64,000 nucleotides of DNA, from the IMG/VR virus record IMGVR_UViG_3300044991_001618, positions 48,964-112,963 of that record. One strand, 5' to 3'. The notes below the pieces were generated by a model. That model saw only the letters and a program-made list of their open reading frames with translations, did not search any database and had not been told where the DNA came from. The stretch's first letter is position 1; the number at the start of each line of letters is the position of its first letter. Source of the DNA: a virus. A program made the position numbers and the translations under genes. This document shows positions 56,966-64,000 of this stretch, in pieces.

Positions 56966-59900
56966 ATGGCAAATCAAAAAGTATTCGTATCCCCTGGTGT
57001 ATACACTTCTGAAACAGATTTAACGTTTGTTTCCCAGAGTATTGGTGTAACCACATTAGGAATGGTCGGTGAAACAATTAAAGGTCCTGCATTTGAGCCT
57101 ATATTCATTACAAGTTATGATGAATTTCAAACTTATTTTGGTGGAACATCACCTGAGAAGTATATAAACACACAAATACCAAAATATGAATCTGCATATA
57201 TTGCCAAGTCATATTTGCAGCAATCAAATCAAATGTATGTTACAAGAGTATTGGGATTATCTGGTTATGATGCTGGCCCATCTTGGTCAATAACAACAAT
57301 TGCAAATGTTAATCATTCAACTGTTGGTTTAACCGGTGGAACTGGTGTTGGTTCATCTATCTCAATAACATTTACTGGAACAACTGGAACAACTGGGACA
57401 TTTGTAATAACAAGTGCTACGTATCCAAATGGTATAAGTGGATCATTATTTTCTGGTGATACTTATACAACAAGCAATGGTTCAACATCAACATTCTATG
57501 ATGATTTAAAGACATTTGCAAATGATGTGGCTTTATCAACTTCATTAACTGGTCAAACATCAACTTATGGTTCATTACCAGTATCTGTGTATAATTCAAT
57601 CACAGGTTCAACAAAATCTGGATTAACTGAATATAATTATTTTGGAACAACAATTCCTTTGGGTAGTGATGGTAAGCCAGCCAATGAAAATGATTTGTGG
57701 TATTATGCAACATTTTCTAATTCTGGGAATGATTATACAGGTTATTCATTTTATTACAACACATCTAATTTTAATGTTTCAAGTGGTTCATTCACTGGAA
57801 CAGTAATTGGTAACACTTATACATTCACTGGAACAGCATATACAGATTATAATGATATGGTTGTGGCAACAATTAGGTCAAGAGGAATAACAAGTTATTC
57901 TTCCACAAATCATGGTCAGATTTATAGTTTAAGTGCATTAACTATTGATACAAATAATAGTACAACTATAAGTGAGACACCATTTGGTAATTTTGTTTTA
58001 AGTGGAAAAACAACATCAAACAATAATTACACATTTAATGTATCATTAAAAAATACCAATTCAAATTATATTGCAAATGTATTGGGAGTAGATAATTTTG
58101 GCAAGGATAGAAATGATGTGCCAATTTTTGTTGAGGAGCATTATCCAACCTTATTAAATCAGGCTTATAGACTTGGTTATATTAAAGGATTAAAAACTAA
58201 TTTAACTTATTTGCCATCAGCAAGAAGTGGTAGTACTACATCAATTGGGTGGTATCTTGAAAAATATCAATCACCAAAAACACCATTTGTTGTTTCTGAA
58301 TTGAGAGGAAATAAAGTTTATAACTTATTCAAGTTCATTTCAATATCTGATGGCAATTCAGCAAATACTGAAGTTAAGGTTTCAATTATTAATATGTCAT
58401 TTAAGAATAGAACATTTGATGTATTGGTTAGAAGTTATTATGATTCAGATTCAGCACCAGTTGTATTGGAGAAATATACAAATTGCACATTAGATGAATT
58501 ACAAAATAGTTTCATTGGAAAGAAGATTGGAACAAGTGATGGCAAATATAATTTGGTTTCAAAATATATTATGCTTGAAATGGGTGATGAATTTCCATCT
58601 GATGCAATTCCTTGTGGATTTATGGGATACCCACACAGAAAGTATAATGACGCATTAACACCAAATTTATTATATAAGACAAGATATTATTTTAATAATG
58701 AGGTTGTTAACAATGAACCATTTGCAGCATCAAATGCTGTATCTGCTGACAATATAAAAAGAACATATCTTGGATTTTCAACAAATTATGGATATGATAA
58801 TTCTTTATTAAACTATAAGGGTAAACAAAATCCAGCAAGTATTATTTCTGATAGTTCAGAATGGAATGTGGTAACAAAAGGTTTCCATATGGATTCAGGT
58901 GCAACAGTTGTTACAATAGCAAATAGTTATACAACAAGTGGTCAAACAGCATTTGAGGTTGGTAGTGGAAGTTTTAATTCAGAGCCAGAAACAAATTCAA
59001 ATCCATATTATTACCTATATTCAAGAAAGTTCACTTTATTATTTGAGGGTGGTTTTGATGGATGGGATGTTTATTCTGAAAGAAGAACAAATGGAGATAC
59101 ATACCAAATTGGTGGTGTGGATTATATGAGGGGTGCGTTATCCATTTCAGGCAAATATGCAGCTGCAACAGGTCAAGGAACATTTAAAGAAATTACAGAA
59201 GGTGATGGAACAATTGATTTTGCAACAACAGACTATTATGCATATTTTAAGGGAATTTTAACATATAAAAATCCAGAATCAACAAATATAAATATCTTTG
59301 TTACACCAGGTATTGATTATATTAATAATAGTAATTTGGTTGAAAATGCCATTGATATGGTTGAAAGTGATAGAGCAGATTCAATTTATATTGTTACAAC
59401 ACCTGATGCAAATTTATTAACAACTGATGTGAACAATGTTATTTATCCCCAAGAATCAATTGTTTCTTTGGAGGAAACAAATATTGATTCAAATTATACT
59501 GCAACATATTACCCTTGGATTTTGGTTAGAGACCAAGCAAATAATACCCAAGTTTATATTCCACCAACAGCAGAAGTTTGTAGAAACTTGGCATTAACTG
59601 ACAATGTGGCATTCCCCTGGTTTGCATCAGCAGGTTATAATAGGGGTTTAGTTAATTCAGTTAAAGCAAGATTAAAGTTAACACAAGATGATAGAGATAC
59701 TTTATATCAAGGAAGAATAAATCCAATTGCAACATTCTCTGATGTGAATACTGTGATTTGGGGAAATAAAACATTGCAAGTTAGAGAATCAGCATTAAAC
59801 AGAATTAATGTTCGTAGGTTGTTATTGCAAGCACGTAAATTAATCTCTGCGGTTGCTGTGAGGCTTCTTTTTGAACAAAATGACCAGATAGTACGTCAAC

Positions 59901-60109
59901 AGTTTTTGGATACGGTAAACCCAATCTTAGATGGTATTAGAAGGGATCGTGGTTTAACTGATTTCCGTGTTACGGTTTCAAATGACCCAGAGGATATTGA
60001 TAGAAATACAATGAGTGGAAAAATATATATTAAACCTACAAGGTCTCTTGAGTTTATTAGCCTTGAATTTGTGATAACCCCTACTGGTGCTTCATTTGAA
60101 GACGTATAA
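56966..60109 (+). CDS. Contractile tail sheath protein
   Basis: SPGVY..E.D, G...KGP, YYPW, PWFASAG..RG, LY..RINPI, WGNKTLQ, RINVRRLL, IYIKPTRSLEFI. Confidence 0.95.
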   Translation: MANQKVFVSPGVYTSETDLTFVSQSIGVTTLGMVGETIKGPAFEPIFITSYDEFQTYFGGTSPEKYINTQIPKYESAYIAKSYLQQSNQMYVTRVLGLSGYDAGPSWSITTIANVNHSTVGLTGGTGVGSSISITFTGTTGTTGTFVITSATYPNGISGSLFSGDTYTTSNGSTSTFYDDLKTFANDVALSTSLTGQTSTYGSLPVSVYNSITGSTKSGLTEYNYFGTTIPLGSDGKPANENDLWYYATFSNSGNDYTGYSFYYNTSNFNVSSGSFTGTVIGNTYTFTGTAYTDYNDMVVATIRSRGITSYSSTNHGQIYSLSALTIDTNNSTTISETPFGNFVLSGKTTSNNNYTFNVSLKNTNSNYIANVLGVDNFGKDRNDVPIFVEEHYPTLLNQAYRLGYIKGLKTNLTYLPSARSGSTTSIGWYLEKYQSPKTPFVVSELRGNKVYNLFKFISISDGNSANTEVKVSIINMSFKNRTFDVLVRSYYDSDSAPVVLEKYTNCTLDELQNSFIGKKIGTSDGKYNLVSKYIMLEMGDEFPSDAIPCGFMGYPHRKYNDALTPNLLYKTRYYFNNEVVNNEPFAASNAVSADNIKRTYLGFSTNYGYDNSLLNYKGKQNPASIISDSSEWNVVTKGFHMDSGATVVTIANSYTTSGQTAFEVGSGSFNSEPETNSNPYYYLYSRKFTLLFEGGFDGWDVYSERRTNGDTYQIGGVDYMRGALSISGKYAAATGQGTFKEITEGDGTIDFATTDYYAYFKGILTYKNPESTNINIFVTPGIDYINNSNLVENAIDMVESDRADSIYIVTTPDANLLTTDVNNVIYPQESIVSLEETNIDSNYTATYYPWILVRDQANNTQVYIPPTAEVCRNLALTDNVAFPWFASAGYNRGLVNSVKARLKLTQDDRDTLYQGRINPIATFSDVNTVIWGNKTLQVRESALNRINVRRLLLQARKLISAVAVRLLFEQNDQIVRQQFLDTVNPILDGIRRDRGLTDFRVTVSNDPEDIDRNTMSGKIYIKPTRSLEFISLEFVITPTGASFEDV

Positions 60110-60206
60110 TGATGGATATAACCAACATTAAATACTATAATGGTTATTAATGATGGAAAAACACAACACAACCCCCCCCTCAATGTAGAAGTTGGGTGGG
60201 GGGTTA
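60107..60206 (+). repeat. Direct repeat copy 1 (52-bp imperfect palindrome) plus G/C hairpin
   Basis: 60107-60158 matches 61359-61410 at 48/52 nt; followed by AACCCCCCC...GGGGGGTT. Confidence 0.8.
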
Positions 60207-60294
60207 ATCCTCATAAATAATATATTCTACAATCTGTGAACACCCATAAACATACCTACTTTCAACTTCACAAATGTACAGAATCTTTGCAGAA

Positions 60295-61251
60295 TTATAA
60301 AATGAAAGATAACATCTTAAATTTTTCTCTGGATTCAGAATCAAACAATTTTTCATAGACTATTTTCTTGTCGTTGTCTACTCTAACATGGTGTATCTCA
60401 TCAAAAATGCCTAATGATCTAATATTCCAAACTCCTGGAGATGTCTGTATATTGACTATTCTTTCTCTGTTTACAATTATTGAAATTTTTTCTGGGGTAT
60501 TTCCTATTTCTCTATAGAATATATTTAAATTTTTATCTTCGTCATTATAATAAAGGGTCCAATGTAAATTCCTATGATATAACTGGTCTCCTATTTTAAG
60601 TAAATCTTTGCTTGGCAACTCAGAAAAGAAGATTTTATTTCCTGATTCAATAAAAAGTTTTTTTGTAAAATTTTCCAGATATAATAATTGAAAAGAGTGC
60701 ATTTCATTTTCTATGAAATCCCTATTATATTTTTTAAAATTGTCTGGTAATGATTTCACCTTAAAAGATTTAAAACATCCAAGAATAAATCCACTTTCTT
60801 CTGGGTCTTTTCCATCTTTGGTGTAAAAAATAGTATCATACTCGTCCAGAAGCTTGCTATTTTTAATAATTAAATCCTTATCTAATAATTCGCAATCGTA
60901 TTCCATATGGTGCATGTTTTCATAGCCAAAATTTAAAGCTATCTGGGCTGCCATTGAAAGCATACGGTAAATAGCAAACCCATAAAATGTTTTTGAGAAA
61001 AATTTAGATACTATCTTTTTATTATCAAATGTATAGTAAGAAAATCCAAGAAGGTTTGGATTATCAGATATATCATTATTATAATCATATAAATAATAAT
61101 GACATTTTTTCTGAATATGAATTGGGATGTGTGAATGAGATATTAAAACAATGTGAAATCCGTACCTTCTAACAGAATCCACACATCTCTCTAATATAAT
61201 TTCTTGTTCTTCTGTTGGACAATATGCTGATATGCAAATTAAATCTTTCAT
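60295..61251 (-). CDS. Hypothetical protein, possibly glycosyltransferase-associated
   Basis: 318-aa ORF with EYD motif, antisense to its neighbours, between the direct repeats. Confidence 0.65.
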   Translation of the reverse strand: MKDLICISAYCPTEEQEIILERCVDSVRRYGFHIVLISHSHIPIHIQKKCHYYLYDYNNDISDNPNLLGFSYYTFDNKKIVSKFFSKTFYGFAIYRMLSMAAQIALNFGYENMHHMEYDCELLDKDLIIKNSKLLDEYDTIFYTKDGKDPEESGFILGCFKSFKVKSLPDNFKKYNRDFIENEMHSFQLLYLENFTKKLFIESGNKIFFSELPSKDLLKIGDQLYHRNLHWTLYYNDEDKNLNIFYREIGNTPEKISIIVNRERIVNIQTSPGVWNIRSLGIFDEIHHVRVDNDKKIVYEKLFDSESREKFKMLSFIL

Positions 61252-61358
61252 TTTTTCTATGTTTTATGTTTTGCATAAATATATTAAAATTAATTTGTTA
61301 ATCCAATTTGGGTAAAATTAAAATACCCCACAATGGAGGTAGGGGGGGTTAATTCACT

Positions 61359-61458
61359 TAATGATAGATATAACCAACATTAAATACCATAATGGTTTAT
61401 AATGATGGAATTTTACAACAACCCCCCACTTCAGCTTTGAGGTGGGGGTTTTTTTTTG
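61359..61458 (+). repeat. Direct repeat copy 2 plus intrinsic terminator
   Basis: 52-bp repeat, then AACCCCCCAC-ttcagctttga-GGTGGGGGTT followed by a T run. Confidence 0.8.
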
Positions 61459-61493
61459 GGTTTTTAAATATATATATTAAAATACTTACAATT

Positions 61494-62159
61494 ATGAAAT
61501 TAAGAAATATTATATCAAAAAATATAAATGAATATTTGTTTGAAGCACAAAAAATTAAAACTAATATAAATGATAATTTTTGGAAATGGTTTGGGGATAG
61601 TAAAATTATTGAAAATAGAGAACCAATTTCTGTTTACCACCAAAATGTTTCTGGGGATAATAATTTTAATGAGTTTATTCCCCAGAGTTTTGGCACCTTT
61701 GGTCAGAATTCAATGTTTTATTTTGCAAAAGATAAAAATTGGGTCAAAAACTTTGTGAAAACTTTTAACAATTCAAACAAAGAAAAACCAAGAGTTTTTT
61801 ATTTATCAATACAAAATCCATTAAACTTACAAAATCTTTTGTTAACACCAAAAGAATGGGTTTCATTTTTAGAAAATAAAAACCTATTAACTAATACAAT
61901 TAAAGATTCTCTAAATAATATGCCTAACTGGGCTTATGGTGGATTTAACAAAATACCTTCGTGGAAAATATATAGGTATGATTTTGGCGAATTTGTTGAT
62001 AAATTAAAAGAAAATGGATATGATGGGGTTATTCAAACTGATGCTAATTATGGTAGAACTAATGATTTAACTACCTATGTTGCAATTAAACCTAATCAAA
62101 TTAAATCTGTTAAAAATGATGGTAGTTGGGATATAAATGATGATAATATTTATTCATAA
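61494..62159 (+). CDS. ART-PolyVal-like ADP-ribosyltransferase-fold protein
   Basis: NF.KWFGDSK, P..VYH, FYF, YL.IQNP, GYDGVI, YV...PNQIKS..N.G; start placed at MKLRNII. Confidence 0.72.
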   Translation: MKLRNIISKNINEYLFEAQKIKTNINDNFWKWFGDSKIIENREPISVYHQNVSGDNNFNEFIPQSFGTFGQNSMFYFAKDKNWVKNFVKTFNNSNKEKPRVFYLSIQNPLNLQNLLLTPKEWVSFLENKNLLTNTIKDSLNNMPNWAYGGFNKIPSWKIYRYDFGEFVDKLKENGYDGVIQTDANYGRTNDLTTYVAIKPNQIKSVKNDGSWDINDDNIYS

Positions 62160-62162
62160 AAC

Positions 62163-62201
62163 AAAAAACCCCATTTCTTTAATTAGATTTGGGGTTTTTT
62201 T
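62163..62201 (+). terminator. Intrinsic terminator
   Basis: AAAAAACCCCA...TGGGGTTTTTTT; loop contains ttaattagat like the 44501 terminator. Confidence 0.8.
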
Positions 62202-62269
62202 ATATGTTAGGGGCAATTACTTTACTTTAGCTATGTCAAGTATTATTTTTTTACATAATATATAATTTA

Positions 62270-63139
62270 ATGAAAAAAAATACTTTACCAAAGAGCAATC
62301 CCAATGTTGCAATGTATATTGCATTTGGATTATGGGGTTCATTTTTATTGGGGGTAATATATACCCCAAGCAAAATTAAATATGAAAAACAATCTTATCT
62401 CCCAATAATTCAACAAGAAACAGTTTTTATTGAAAAGGTGATTGAACCCATTAAAGTGAAAGTTGATACAACAGAATCAATCATACCAGAAAATGATGTG
62501 CTTGAAGGTGTTACAATAATTGATGAGGATGCTTATTCAAAAAGGTCATATGTTTATGATATTCGAAATATGGATAAGACTGCATTGAGAAAACATCTTA
62601 AAATTAATGGATTTAGAAATTTGGATAAAGCCACTTTGGTTCAGATGAGAAGAATGTGGATGGCATTTCATTATGAGAGTATGTTAATGAATTTACATCT
62701 GCTAACAGAATTCCCCATATCTATGCTCTATTCATTCTTTATCATTGAGGCAACCACTAATGGCATTGAGACCAACTTATGGCGACTGCACGCAAATGCA
62801 GGGGGGATGAAGGCATTTAAGGGGTATGGTTCTGTGACATATAGAACCTATGAGGTGATAAGGGGAAAAAATGTAACTATGAAAGCAAAATTTATGAGTG
62901 CAAAAAATACTCAAGAAGGAATTGAGGCTTGGGCTAAAGTATTAAATTCAGGAAGATATTATGACTGCAAGAAAGCAAATTATAAATTACCAAAGAAACA
63001 ATTATATGAAAGCATATGCAAGTGTGTTTATGAATCTGGATATCATACAGACCCCAAGTATAAGTTTAGAGCACAATTTATGACAGAATTTTGGAAATTC
63101 AAAACAGAAAACCTTCCAATTATTGTAGAAGAATTTTAA
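62270..63139 (+). CDS. Membrane-anchored GH73/glucosaminidase-like peptidoglycan hydrolase
   Basis: N-terminal hydrophobic helix; IIE (catalytic Glu), N.GGMK, T.E, GYHTDPKY (cf. GYATDPxY). Confidence 0.75.
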   Translation: MKKNTLPKSNPNVAMYIAFGLWGSFLLGVIYTPSKIKYEKQSYLPIIQQETVFIEKVIEPIKVKVDTTESIIPENDVLEGVTIIDEDAYSKRSYVYDIRNMDKTALRKHLKINGFRNLDKATLVQMRRMWMAFHYESMLMNLHLLTEFPISMLYSFFIIEATTNGIETNLWRLHANAGGMKAFKGYGSVTYRTYEVIRGKNVTMKAKFMSAKNTQEGIEAWAKVLNSGRYYDCKKANYKLPKKQLYESICKCVYESGYHTDPKYKFRAQFMTEFWKFKTENLPIIVEEF

Positions 63140-63146
63140 TTTAACT

Positions 63147-63184
63147 TGGTTGCTCATTAAATTTGGGCAACCATTTTTTTTTTT
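63147..63184 (+). terminator. Intrinsic terminator
   Basis: TGGTTGCTCA-loop-TGGGCAACCA followed by a long T run. Confidence 0.8.
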
Positions 63185-63215
63185 GGATTTATAAATATTT
63201 ATAAAATAAAATAAT

Positions 63216-64000
63216 ATGAAGATAATTGAAGGATTTAATGAAAAGTCAACCCCAGATATGAAATATTACGCATTTGACTGGGATGATAATATTGTATATA
63301 TGCCAACAGAAATAATATTAATTGATAATAATGATGATGAAGTTGGAATGTCAACACATGATTTTGCAAAATATAGAGGAGATATTGGAAAAACTGAATT
63401 TAAATACAGGGGAACAACAATAGTTAATTATGCTGATTTACCATTTAGGCAATTTAAAGTTACAGGTGATGAACAATTTTTAAAAGATATTTTAATAGCA
63501 AAAATAGGTCCAGCATTTGATGATTTTAAAGAAGCAGTTAATAATGGATCCATTTTCTCAATTATCACAGCAAGGGGACATAATCCTGAAACATTGAAAA
63601 AAGCAGTTAAAATATATATTGAAGAAAATTTTAATGATATTAGTAAAAAGAAAGTTATACATAATCTTAATAAATATAGAGATTTAATCCCAAGTCAAAG
63701 TGATATTGATATAATTGATGAATATTTGGATTTATGTAAATTCTATCCAGTTTCTTTTGGATCAGGTAGTGCTGCTAATCCAGAAGTAGAAAAAGTGAAA
63801 GCATTAAAGGAATTTTATGAATATTGTAAAGAAATGGCTAATGAAATTAAAAAAGCATTTGAATTTAAAAATGAAGTTTCTGGTGAATCATTGAAATTCT
63901 CAATTGGATTTTCTGATGATGATATGAAAAATATTGAAACAATGAAGAATAGTATAAATAAACCAGAATTAACAATATATTCAACAAATAAAGGTACTAA
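63216..64000 (+). CDS. Partial HAD-superfamily protein (runs off window)
   Basis: MKIIEGFNEKSTPDMKYYAFDWDDNI (motif I), ITARGH (II), K (III), IGFSDDD (IV). Confidence 0.75.
   Translation, partial: MKIIEGFNEKSTPDMKYYAFDWDDNIVYMPTEIILIDNNDDEVGMSTHDFAKYRGDIGKTEFKYRGTTIVNYADLPFRQFKVTGDEQFLKDILIAKIGPAFDDFKEAVNNGSIFSIITARGHNPETLKKAVKIYIEENFNDISKKKVIHNLNKYRDLIPSQSDIDIIDEYLDLCKFYPVSFGSGSAANPEVEKVKALKEFYEYCKEMANEIKKAFEFKNEVSGESLKFSIGFSDDDMKNIETMKNSINKPELTIYSTNKGT

Noticed and set aside
61392-61493. N-terminal extension of the 61392 ORF
   Set aside because: Runs through the direct repeat and a terminator; the ATG at 61494 is more plausible.
1-64000. Stop-codon reassignment, tRNA genes, introns or inteins
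   Set aside because: Long genes (PolB, sheath, helicase) are uninterrupted in the standard code, coding density is high, and no cloverleaf or intein motifs were recognised by eye.

Overview
This very AT-rich window looks like part of a large T4-like (myovirus/jumbo) phage genome. It carries a tail sheath, putative neck and tail-terminator proteins, a family B DNA polymerase, a SNF2-like helicase, PhoH, dUTPase and a GH73-like muralytic enzyme. The host is probably a Bacteroidota member, judged from TAnnTTTG promoters, the lack of obvious Shine-Dalgarno sites and a Bacteroidota-style TonB-dependent receptor. About half of the window is two glycan-biosynthesis islands (1-23.5 kb on the minus strand, 28-35.5 kb on the plus strand). 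They encode GDP-fucose synthesis, amino-sugar and acylation enzymes, many glycosyltransferases (including two GT60-like, one GT25-like and one GT11) and O-methyltransferases, with MetK next door. Three features stand out. (1) A translationally coupled array of ten capped leucine-rich-repeat genes at 46.8-52.3 kb has shuffled caps and hypervariable beta-strand positions, and looks like a diversifying binder repertoire. (2) A candidate virion O-glycosylation system may include a substrate motif, [S/T]-[G/A]-x-[S/T], which is strongly over-represented in two structural proteins, plus a Thr-Pro tract. (3) Several accessory proteins (Mn-SOD, ART-like, WYL) have short N-terminal leaders ending in [L/I]-x-E, suggestive of capsid packaging. 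All functional calls come from motif recognition by eye; no database searches were run.
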